This document shows positions 1 to 8,354 of a stretch of DNA of 64,000 nucleotides, piece after piece. The stretch's first letter is position 1. The number at the start of each line of letters is the position of its first letter. The stretch covers positions 1 through 64,000 of the forward strand of contig DASRGZ010000142.1 of assembly GCA_035650735.1 (NCBI GenBank), written 5' to 3'. The position numbers and the translations under genes are program-made. The notes beneath the pieces were generated by a model. That model searched no databases and was not told the DNA's origin. It was given only the letters and a program-made list of their open reading frames with translations. This DNA is from Chthonomonadaceae bacterium. Its GTDB lineage: Bacteria; Armatimonadota; Chthonomonadetes; Chthonomonadales; Chthonomonadaceae.

Positions 1-51
1 GTGGGATGCACTTGGGTCCTCTTGAGGAGATAGGCCAGCCGCTCATTAGAG

Positions 52-83
52 GCTTGGTGCTCGCTTTCTAGCGAGCACCAAGC
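52..83. other. Perfect 14-bp hairpin, function unknown
   Basis: GCTTGGTGCTCGCT-TTCT-AGCGAGCACCAAGC; no U-tract. Confidence 0.5.
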
Positions 84-338
84 GGTCATCAGCCTCCAAG
101 TCCTCTCTCGAAGCAGGCAAAAAAGGGCATAACACCCTCTACAACCGGAAAACCAGGGTACGGATAGAACGTCTTTGTCATATCGAGGAGAAACGCTTTT
201 TGCAAAAAGCGCCCCTGGCTGGTTGATGCTCTGCCAGAATTCGATGCAAGCCGCTGGCAGGTCTATGGGGACTGGCGGTTAAGATGGAGATTGGTAAGGC
301 TCCGTGTACAAGGAATTAAATGCCATAGAAGAGTCTCC

Positions 339-420
339 GGTAGACACTCCCAGCCGTGTGGATCAATCTCACGCAGCCTGCTGCTGAGGAGATACGTCAA
401 CACCGTTGGGAGCGATTACC
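339..420 (+). mobile_element. MITE family A, copy 1 (82 bp)
   Basis: GGTA...TACC imperfect terminal inverted repeats; 8-bp direct repeat GAGTCTCC at 331-338 and 421-428; near-identical copies at 20584 and 35924. Confidence 0.9.
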
Positions 421-465
421 GAGTCTCCGATTGGGATGGATTATTTCGCCATTCGAGAGAGGCCG

Positions 466-2442
466 ATGATGACGATTCGTGAGTATCTGGCGCGAGAGGC
501 GCAGAGGATTACCGACCGTGCGGTGAAGGAGTACACCGACGCGGCGACCTGGGAACGGCTGCTGCCGGAACGCCGCCGCCGGTTTCGGGAGATGTTGGGG
601 CTGCAAGCCCTGCCTCCCTATGAGCAGCGCCCGCCGCTGAATGTGACCGTGACCGGCGTGGTCGAGCGCCCGCATTACCGTATTGAGAAGCTGTACTACG
701 AGAGCCTGCCGAAGCTCTATGTGGCGGGGAACCTCTACGTGCCCAACGAACGGCACCCGCAGGACGCCGCTGCCGGGGAGGGCCGCTTTCCCGGCGTGCT
801 CTACGTCTGTGGGCACTCGCCGACGCAGAAGGTACACTACCAGGCGCACGCCCGCCGCTTCGCCGAGCTGGGCTTCGTCTGCCTGATCGTGGATACGGTG
901 CAATATGGCGAGGTACGCGGCTACCATCACGGCTGCTATCACGAGGGCTGGTTCCACTGGTATAGCCGGGGCTACACGCCCGCAGGCATTGAGGCGCTAA
1001 ACGGCATACGCGGGCTGGATCTGCTGGCCCAACGCCCAGAGGTAGATGCCCATCGTCTGGGCGTCACCGGCACGTCGGGCGGCGGCGCGGTAAGCTGGTG
1101 GACCACGGCCAGCGATGAGCGCGAGCGCGTTACCGCGCCCTCGTGCGGCACCTCCACGCTGCACTCGCACATCGCCGACCGGACGATAGACGGGCACTGC
1201 GACTGCATGTGGTGGATCAATACCTATCGGTGGGACTTAGCGGACGTGGGGGCGCTGATCGCACCGCGTCCCCTGCTGATCGCCTCCGCCAACCGCGATG
1301 CCATCAATGCCATCGCCGCCATCCGGCAGGTCTACGAGCAACTCAAGCCGCTCTATGCCGCGCTCGGCGTGTCGGAGAACCTGCAACTGGTCGAAGGCCC
1401 CGGCCCGCACGCCTATACGCCCAACACCCGCACGGCCATCTTTTCCTGGTTTGCCCGACACCTCCAGGGCCGAGACGTGCCGGCTGAGGAGGTCGGCGAC
1501 CTGGACGACGCGCCGGAGCGCCAGGAGTCGGAGGAGACGCTGCGCGTGTACCTCAACGGCCCCCTGCCGGACGACCGCACGACTACCATTCAGGACGACC
1601 TGTTTACGCCGCCGCAGCTGCCCCGGATCGCCGCGCAGGAGGATGTCGCCTGGGAGCGCGAGCGCGTGATTGCGGCGCTGCGGGAGAAAACGTTCGGCGC
1701 GTTCCCCTCCGAGCCGCCTCCGCTGGACGTACGGCGCGAGTTCGAGTTCGCCTGGCACAACGCGACGGGATGCCGCTTTGCGTTCACGTCCGAGGAGGGC
1801 TGGCGGCTGCACGGGCAGTTCATTCTGCCCCGGACGGCCCGGACGCCCGCGCCGGCGCTGGTGGCGCTGCGCTCTCCGGGCGAGTCGCGCGGGGCCACCG
1901 AAGCGTTCCTGCACGGTGCGCCTGCCTCCTGGGCGCGCGTGATCGTCGAGCCGCGCGGCACGGGGGAGACAGCCTGGGGCGAGGAGTTGCAGTGGCACCT
2001 GCGCCGCGCCGCCGCCTGGACGGGCCGCACCCTCGCGAGCCTGCGCGTCTGGGATACGCTGCGCGCCATCGAAGCCGTGCGGTCGCTGCCGGAGGTAGAT
2101 GAAGGCCGGATCGCGCTGGCGGCGCGCGGCGAGATGGCGGCGGCGGCGCTCTATGCGGCGCTGCTGGACGGCAGCATCGTCACGCTGATCCTCGACTCGC
2201 CGCCCGCGACGCAGAACGCGCCGAGTTCGCCGGACGGGCGCGGCCCGGCCCTGGAAATGCTCAACTGCCTTCAGATCACCGATCTGGGACAGGTGGCGGG
2301 GCTGCTCTATCCAACGGAAATCCTCGTCCTGGGCGATATGCCGGTCTCCTATGCCTGGGCCGAAAGGCTCTATCACCGGCTGGGAGAACCGGGCGTGTTC
2401 CGGCACATCGGCTCCCTGCGCGAATGGCAGGAGGCGCAATGA
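466..2442 (+). CDS. Alpha/beta-hydrolase (acetylxylan esterase/dienelactone hydrolase-like), two hydrolase modules
   Basis: Motifs IEKLYYESLP, VLYVCGH, nucleophile elbow GTSGGG, GHCDC, LIAPRPLLI; second module has WDTLRAIE. Start moved to ATG 466, downstream of the MITE. Confidence 0.8.
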   Translation: MMTIREYLAREAQRITDRAVKEYTDAATWERLLPERRRRFREMLGLQALPPYEQRPPLNVTVTGVVERPHYRIEKLYYESLPKLYVAGNLYVPNERHPQDAAAGEGRFPGVLYVCGHSPTQKVHYQAHARRFAELGFVCLIVDTVQYGEVRGYHHGCYHEGWFHWYSRGYTPAGIEALNGIRGLDLLAQRPEVDAHRLGVTGTSGGGAVSWWTTASDERERVTAPSCGTSTLHSHIADRTIDGHCDCMWWINTYRWDLADVGALIAPRPLLIASANRDAINAIAAIRQVYEQLKPLYAALGVSENLQLVEGPGPHAYTPNTRTAIFSWFARHLQGRDVPAEEVGDLDDAPERQESEETLRVYLNGPLPDDRTTTIQDDLFTPPQLPRIAAQEDVAWERERVIAALREKTFGAFPSEPPPLDVRREFEFAWHNATGCRFAFTSEEGWRLHGQFILPRTARTPAPALVALRSPGESRGATEAFLHGAPASWARVIVEPRGTGETAWGEELQWHLRRAAAWTGRTLASLRVWDTLRAIEAVRSLPEVDEGRIALAARGEMAAAALYAALLDGSIVTLILDSPPATQNAPSSPDGRGPALEMLNCLQITDLGQVAGLLYPTEILVLGDMPVSYAWAERLYHRLGEPGVFRHIGSLREWQEAQ

Positions 2443-4391
2443 GAGGGATCACGCCGCGCGCCATCGGCATCGGCCTGCTGATGGTCCTGGTCATCGTCGG
2501 CATGACCGAGGTGCTCTCCGTGCAGCACTCCGCCGCCGACGTGGGGGCCGGCTCGCCGCCGCCCGCGCCGACCTACCTGCTATTTCTGTACGTGGCGCTG
2601 CTGGCGCCGCTGCTGACCCGGCTGAACCGCCGGCTGGCCCTCTCGCGCGGGGAATTGCTATTTATCTACGCGCTGATGCTCGTCGTCGGCCCCATCGCCC
2701 ACGCGCACTCCGTCGGCTTCCTCGTCCCGCACACCGTCTCGCCTCTCTACTACAACGCGGAGGAGCCGGCCTGGGCCGTGTTCCAGGCCGTCCTGCCCTC
2801 CTGGTTCGGGCCGAGCACGCGGGCGGCGGTGGAAGGGTTCTTTCACGGCACGCACGGGATCGTGCCCTGGCTGGCCTGGATGGCACCGCTCGTGGCCTGG
2901 TCGTCGCTGCTGATCGCCTTCTTCTTTGTGATGCTCTGCATCAACGTGGTAATGCGCCGGCAGTGGATTGATAACGAGCGCCTGACCTTTCCCCTGGCGG
3001 CCATTCCGCTGGCGCTGACCGGGGGCGGCGAGTCGGGCCGGGATACGCTTGGGGTCGGGCGCATTCTCCGGATGCCGCTGTTCTGGCTGGGCGTGGCCGT
3101 GCCGCTGCTGGTGCAGCTGCCGACCTCGCTGCACAGGTACGTTCCGGTCGTGCCGGAGATCCCGCTCAAAGAGGTGCTGGTGCTGAACGCGACGCAGCAG
3201 TTGGCGCCGCCCTGGAAGGGGCTGGGGGAGATCTACCTCTCGCTGGTCTTCTGGCTGGTGGGCGTGGTCTATCTGATCCCGAAAGAGCTGGCCCTGAGCG
3301 CCTGGGTGTTCTACTTTATCGCACTGCTGGAGAACGTCTCGGCGGTCTGGTGGGGCACGAGCGGGGAAGCGCCCAGCGTCTATACCAACCAGTACCCGGC
3401 GCTCTATGCGCAGGGGGCGGGGGCGGCCTTTGCGCTGACAGCCATCACGTTCTGGACGGCGCGGCGGCATCTGCGGGCGGTGCTGCGCAAGGCGCTGCGC
3501 GGCGACCCGACGTTAGACGACAGCCGCGAGTTTCTTTCCTATCGGACGGCGGTGTTCGGGGTGGCCCTGGGCATTCTCTTCATTGTGGGCTGGTTCTGCC
3601 TGGCGGGAATGCGGCTCTGGGTGGCGGCGCTGCTGCTGGGCCTGATGCTCTCCTATTTCTTTATCTTCGCGCGCATCCGGGCCGAGACCGGGCTAGGGTT
3701 AGGCGTTATCCTCTGGCCCAAGATGCTCGACGAGGTGATGCTGACCTTTGTGGGCGCGCGCTATCTGACGCTGGCAGATTCAACCGTGCTCTTCGGGCTG
3801 CGCTGGCTCTACTTCGGCTCCCCGACCGGCTCGGTGATGGGCTGCGAGATGGAGGGCTTTAAGCTGGTGGGGGCGGGCGGCGTGCGTCCGCGCCCGGCGG
3901 GGTGGCTGATGGCGCTGGCGGTGACGCTGGTCGTGCCGCTGGCGTTTCTCTGGACGCTCAAGACCTACTATATTCGCGGCTTTGAGGCGATGCCTGCCGG
4001 GCAGCGCGCGACCAACATGGTCGGCAGTCAGATCTACTGGTCGTATCAGGACCTGGTCGGGGCGATCAGTTCGCCGACCGGTCCGCAGTGGGATGGCATT
4101 CTTGCCATCTGCGGCGGCGGGCTGGTAGCGGTTGTGTTAAGCTGGATGCGGATGAATTTCCTCTGGTTTCCGCTGCATCCGGTGGGATTTATCGCCGCCA
4201 ATTCCTGGGGGATGCACCTGAACTGGCTTACCTTTCTTATCGGCTGGCTGATCAAGGAGCTGGTGACGCGCTACGGCGGCATGAAGACCTATCAGCGCCT
4301 GCTGCCTTTCTTTCTGGGGCTGATCGTCGGCGACATGCTGCACGAGGGCATCTGGGGCATGGTGACCTGGCTGACCGGCGGCAGGCAATAG
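2439..4391 (+). CDS. Polytopic membrane protein, DUF6785/DUF6784-like, putative transporter
   Basis: Many TM segments; motifs RRQW..ERL.FP, ARIRAE.G, WFPLHPVG, RYGG...LPFFLGL shared with the paralog at 44234-46261; ATGA overlap with the upstream gene. Confidence 0.7.
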   Translation: MRGITPRAIGIGLLMVLVIVGMTEVLSVQHSAADVGAGSPPPAPTYLLFLYVALLAPLLTRLNRRLALSRGELLFIYALMLVVGPIAHAHSVGFLVPHTVSPLYYNAEEPAWAVFQAVLPSWFGPSTRAAVEGFFHGTHGIVPWLAWMAPLVAWSSLLIAFFFVMLCINVVMRRQWIDNERLTFPLAAIPLALTGGGESGRDTLGVGRILRMPLFWLGVAVPLLVQLPTSLHRYVPVVPEIPLKEVLVLNATQQLAPPWKGLGEIYLSLVFWLVGVVYLIPKELALSAWVFYFIALLENVSAVWWGTSGEAPSVYTNQYPALYAQGAGAAFALTAITFWTARRHLRAVLRKALRGDPTLDDSREFLSYRTAVFGVALGILFIVGWFCLAGMRLWVAALLLGLMLSYFFIFARIRAETGLGLGVILWPKMLDEVMLTFVGARYLTLADSTVLFGLRWLYFGSPTGSVMGCEMEGFKLVGAGGVRPRPAGWLMALAVTLVVPLAFLWTLKTYYIRGFEAMPAGQRATNMVGSQIYWSYQDLVGAISSPTGPQWDGILAICGGGLVAVVLSWMRMNFLWFPLHPVGFIAANSWGMHLNWLTFLIGWLIKELVTRYGGMKTYQRLLPFFLGLIVGDMLHEGIWGMVTWLTGGRQ

Positions 4392-4396
4392 CGAAC

Positions 4397-4632
4397 AGCC
4401 CTCACCCCCGGCCCACTGCCAGGGTCGGCGCTCAATGGTTCGCGCCACTGCAAGGTCCAGCGTCTTAAAGTGCGCCACCGGGCGCACGAGCAAGGGGCGG
4501 CGCTCAACGGTTCGCGGCTCTGCCTTGCGACACCTAGCGACCCCCGGCGCTGCGGGAGAGGGGAGACTTGGCTTCTGCTCTCTCCCTCCCCTAGAATTGG
4601 GGGAGGGGGGCCGCAGGCCGGGGTGGGGGCCG
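4397..4632. repeat. Composite REP-like palindromic element
   Basis: CCCTCACCCCCGGCCC, GGGAGAGGG and TCAACGGTTCGCG modules recur at 8376, 43958, 52095 and 61590. Boundaries approximate. Confidence 0.75.
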
Positions 4633-4675
4633 CAACGCCGCGAAAAAATTGCCCGCTGTTCCCACGAAAACCCTC

Positions 4676-4704
4676 TTGACACATCAGTTCGGTCGTGTTA
4701 AGAT
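4676..4704 (+). promoter_or_regulatory. Sigma70-type promoter of the LacI gene
   Basis: TTGACA-17 bp-TAAGAT with TG extended -10. Confidence 0.7.
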
Positions 4705-4710
4705 GCAGTA

Positions 4711-4726
4711 GCGCAAACGGTTGCGC
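4711..4726. promoter_or_regulatory. LacI-family operator
   Basis: Near-palindrome GCGCAAACGGTTGCGC with LacI-type central CG, at the predicted transcription start. Confidence 0.65.
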
Positions 4727-4743
4727 AGAGGAGCCATGCTGCC

Positions 4744-5739
4744 GTGACCATCAAGGAACTGGCCCGGGAAATAGGCGTATCGCCGACGACCGTCTCGCGC
4801 GTCATGCACGGACGCGGGCGAATCAGTTCGGCTACGCGGCAGAAGGTGCTGGAGCGCGTCCGGGAGGTCGGCTATACCCCCAACGTCAACGCCCAGCGCC
4901 TGACGGTGGGGCGGACGCACCTGGTCGCGCTCGACTTCGGCGGCTGGCATGACTTCCTCGCGGATATGTTCTTCGTGGAGCTGACGCGGGGCGTCCAGGA
5001 TGCTCTGGAAGCGCACGGCTATGGGCTGCTGCTGAACGAGGCGAACGATGTCTTGCGGCGCTGGGTCAAGTCGCGTGCGGTGGACGGGGTCATTCTGGCG
5101 GTAGGCGGCCCGCCCGATGCGCGTGTGCCCCGCGATATCGCCAGCACGGGGACGCCCTGCGTGGTAATCGGACACCATCCGCTGGAGGGGATACCCGGCG
5201 TCGGATCGGTCGTCGTCGGGCTGCGCAACGGTGCCCAGGAGGTAGCGCGGAAGCTAGTGGCGTGCGGGCATCGGCGCATCGGCTTTCTCGGCAATCAGGA
5301 GCCACAGGATGCGGTGCTGCTGGCGTTTCGGGAGGAGTTGAAGGCGCTGGGCGTAGCTCTGTGCGCGGAGTTAGTCATTCCCGGAGGCCGCAACCCGGCG
5401 GATGGGGAACGGGCGATGCGGGAACTGCTGATGCGCCCTGACCGCCCTACTGCCGTCTTTGCGCGTACCGACGCGCTGGCAGCGGGCGCGCTGCGTGCGG
5501 CGCGGCGACTCGGCATCTCCGTGCCGACAGAATTATCCCTTGTGGGGCACGATGATGTTCCCTTCGCCGAACTCGCCGAGCCTCCGTTAACGACCGTGCG
5601 GGTCAACTGTATCGAGTTAGGCAAAGTGGCAACGGAGATTTTGATTTCTCTGCTCCAGCAGCCCGGTCTGTGCCCTGCGGCTCAGGTGGTGCAGACCGCG
5701 TTGGTTGAGCGCGAATCGGTCGCGCCGCCCAAACAGTAA
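4744..5739 (+). CDS. LacI-family transcriptional regulator
   Basis: HTH TIKELAREIGVSPTTVSRV, YTPN hinge, C-terminal VGHDD...PPLTTV. Confidence 0.95.
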   Translation: MTIKELAREIGVSPTTVSRVMHGRGRISSATRQKVLERVREVGYTPNVNAQRLTVGRTHLVALDFGGWHDFLADMFFVELTRGVQDALEAHGYGLLLNEANDVLRRWVKSRAVDGVILAVGGPPDARVPRDIASTGTPCVVIGHHPLEGIPGVGSVVVGLRNGAQEVARKLVACGHRRIGFLGNQEPQDAVLLAFREELKALGVALCAELVIPGGRNPADGERAMRELLMRPDRPTAVFARTDALAAGALRAARRLGISVPTELSLVGHDDVPFAELAEPPLTTVRVNCIELGKVATEILISLLQQPGLCPAAQVVQTALVERESVAPPKQ

Positions 5740-5834
5740 CGGGGTTAATGGGTGGCTGGTTTCCTGGACTCATTGGCCTATGGATGTCGGCGTGATGTAG
5801 GAATACAGGCCCCTGGGCCTCTCACGAAAGGAGA

Positions 5835-6674
5835 ATGGTAATGGTACGGTCTTCCGTCCCAAGTTCCCGGCGTGTGTGTAAGGGCTTCACCTTGATCGAA
5901 CTGCTCGTCGTCATCGCCATTATAGCGATTCTGGCTGCGATTCTGTTCCCTGTGTTTGCCCAGGCCCGCGAGAAAGCGCGCGCCATCACCTGCGTGTCCA
6001 ACATGAAGCAGTTGGCGCTGGGCTGGCTGATGTATGTTCAGGATTACGATGAGACCAATCCGCTGACGGCGCTCTGTACCGGCTGCTCGGATACGGGCGG
6101 TCAGATCTACTGGCTGGAAAACATCGAGCCTTACGTCAAGAGCGGTGGTCACAGCTCGGACCTGCGTGAAAAGGCGAGCATCTTCGTCTGCCCTAACTAC
6201 AACGTGGCTGCCCCATATCCGACCGATGAGGCCGGCAACAAAGCGACCAACATTGACCCGACCGGTGAGAACGGCAATATGCCGGTGGGACGGTGGCCGC
6301 TGACCTCCTACGCGCCCAACTTCTCGGTAACGACGGCCTGGTGGGCTTTAGGCCAGAGCTGGGCTGGGGAGAACGCCAACGTGGGCACCCTGGCTTCTAT
6401 CGGCAAGCCCGGCCAACAGATCATGCTGGCCGAAAACCATGACTGCTGCGTGGAGACCTGGGGCGGCGGCGGCGACAACAACTGGACCGAGTCCCGGCGG
6501 CACTCCAAGGGAATGAACTACGCGATCATGGATGGGCACGCTAAGTGGTATCCGGGCCCGACGCCGCAGTATGGAGCCGATTCCAACGGCGAAGCGCTCG
6601 GCACGCCCGTAGCGACCAATATCAAGAACCGGCCCAATGCGCCCATCTTCTTCTTCCCGCGCGCCGGGGAGTAG
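5835..6674 (+). CDS. Prepilin-type N-terminal cleavage/methylation protein (DUF1559-like, H-X9-DG motif)
   Basis: [34 protein letters not shown]...C.SN.KQ; C-terminal [16 protein letters not shown]. Confidence 0.9.
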   Translation: MVMVRSSVPSSRRVCKGFTLIELLVVIAIIAILAAILFPVFAQAREKARAITCVSNMKQLALGWLMYVQDYDETNPLTALCTGCSDTGGQIYWLENIEPYVKSGGHSSDLREKASIFVCPNYNVAAPYPTDEAGNKATNIDPTGENGNMPVGRWPLTSYAPNFSVTTAWWALGQSWAGENANVGTLASIGKPGQQIMLAENHDCCVETWGGGGDNNWTESRRHSKGMNYAIMDGHAKWYPGPTPQYGADSNGEALGTPVATNIKNRPNAPIFFFPRAGE

Positions 6675-6738
6675 CACTTAGAGAAGGAGGAAAATGGCGG
6701 GCCTGTCCGATCAGGGCAGAAGCAGTAAGGGGAAATTC

Positions 6739-6999
6739 ATGGTAGATAAGAAAAACATCAGTACGCCGGTGTTTATCGGCGTTATTGTGGTTGTCGTGCT
6801 GATAGCCGGATACTTTCTCTGGAAAAACACAATGGTTCCCGAGCCGACGATAGGTCCCGGCCAGACCATTAAGAATCCCTTCGGCAACGCCAGCCCCGGC
6901 CCGCGCGGCGGAGGCGGCGGCGCGGCGATGCCGGCCCCCGGAACAGCCAGGCCGGGGATGGGGTTCGGCCCCTCCAGGAACGCCCCGATTCCCAGGTAA
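6739..6999 (+). CDS. Small single-TM protein with Pro/Gly-rich tail
   Basis: Hydrophobic stretch VFIGVIVVVVLIAGYFLW; in operon position. Alternative start at 6694. Confidence 0.65.
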   Translation: MVDKKNISTPVFIGVIVVVVLIAGYFLWKNTMVPEPTIGPGQTIKNPFGNASPGPRGGGGGAAMPAPGTARPGMGFGPSRNAPIPR

Positions 7000-7001
7000 G
7001 T

Positions 7002-8354
7002 ATGCCCGTAGCTCGACTCAAAATGCCCGGGAAGGCCGGACGCCCGGCTCCTCTCCGCCTGCTTCTTGCGGCGGCGCTGGGCCTGGCGGCCCTGGCCTTC
7101 CTGGGCTTTCGCGTGTATCAAAGCGCCCGGAGCGCGCCGCCCTCCGCTCCCAGGCTGCTGCTTGGGGAGGATGTTGCGCTGGAGGCGCCGCCGCCTCTCC
7201 CACCGGGCGATCAACAAACCGTGCAGGCGGGTCTTCGGCAGGTGCGCGAACTGCAAGCCGCAGCGCAGGCGCAGGGCAGCGCTCCCTCCGCGCACCTGGA
7301 GGCCGCGCAGGCGGCAACGCGCATCGGAGACCTGCTCTCCGCGCGGGCCGAGATTCGCGCCGCGCTCGCCCACAACCCGCAGCCACCCCCTCCCGTTATC
7401 TCCGATGTACTTGCTCGCTGTGAGGCGCAGCTTGGCCTCTTCTCCGAGGCGATCCGCACCTATGACGACCTGATCGCCCGCGCGCCGGGCAGCGCCATCG
7501 GCTACATCGGCCTCAGCCGCGTCCAGTTTCTGCTCGGCCAGAGGCAGGAGGCGCTGCGCACCCTGGAGCGCGGCAGCGGCGCCGTTGCCGCCAGCGACAT
7601 CCAGGGCCGCCTCGCGCTGGTGAGCGAGTTTGAGGCGCGGGCGGAAGTGCAGCGCGCCCTGAAGGAAGCACAGGCCGTTGCCGGGGCCGCGCCGGAGGAA
7701 CCCGCCGCTAAGGTGGCGGTGGCGCGTCTGCTTGGCAAGCTGGGGCGTCTTACAGAGGCACGCCAGATGCTGGAGAAGGTGCTGGCCGCGCATCCGGATC
7801 ATGCGGAGGCGCTCAGCGCGCTCGCTGACCTTCTGCTGAACCCCCTGCTGCCCAAAAGCGATCCTGCCGCTATCGAGCAGACACTGCTCCGGGCAGGCCA
7901 GAACAACCCGCGCGATACCGCCTCTTTCACTCGCCTGGGCGCTTTCTACCAGGAGTTGGGCCACTATCGGCAGGCCGCCTATGTCTATACGCGCCTGCTC
8001 ACTCGTGCCCCCGATTCGGCGGTGGGACGTCTGCAGCTTGCCTACGCCTATGCGCGCCTGGGCGATACGCGCGCCAGCGCCGAGCAGCAGCAGATCGCCA
8101 ACCGGCTTCTCGCCCGTGACCAGGAAGAGGCCCGCCTGGTTACCCGCCGCGATGCCCATCCCAGGGACCCGGCAGCCCGCCTGGCGCTGGCGCATCACTA
8201 TATTGGGGCCGGCCAGTTCGCCTCTGCGCTCATTGAATTGCAGGCGGCCTACTGCCTGGCGCCCGGTTCCGCGCCGGTTCGCCGCGAGTTGAATGCCTTC
8301 TATACGAGACTCGGCGTGCCGCCTCCGGGGCCGTTGGCGGGAGCGGTGAAATGA
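7002..8354 (+). CDS. Membrane-anchored TPR protein
   Basis: N-terminal TM segment followed by Ala/Leu-rich TPR-like repeats. Confidence 0.8.
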   Translation: MPVARLKMPGKAGRPAPLRLLLAAALGLAALAFLGFRVYQSARSAPPSAPRLLLGEDVALEAPPPLPPGDQQTVQAGLRQVRELQAAAQAQGSAPSAHLEAAQAATRIGDLLSARAEIRAALAHNPQPPPPVISDVLARCEAQLGLFSEAIRTYDDLIARAPGSAIGYIGLSRVQFLLGQRQEALRTLERGSGAVAASDIQGRLALVSEFEARAEVQRALKEAQAVAGAAPEEPAAKVAVARLLGKLGRLTEARQMLEKVLAAHPDHAEALSALADLLLNPLLPKSDPAAIEQTLLRAGQNNPRDTASFTRLGAFYQELGHYRQAAYVYTRLLTRAPDSAVGRLQLAYAYARLGDTRASAEQQQIANRLLARDQEEARLVTRRDAHPRDPAARLALAHHYIGAGQFASALIELQAAYCLAPGSAPVRRELNAFYTRLGVPPPGPLAGAVK

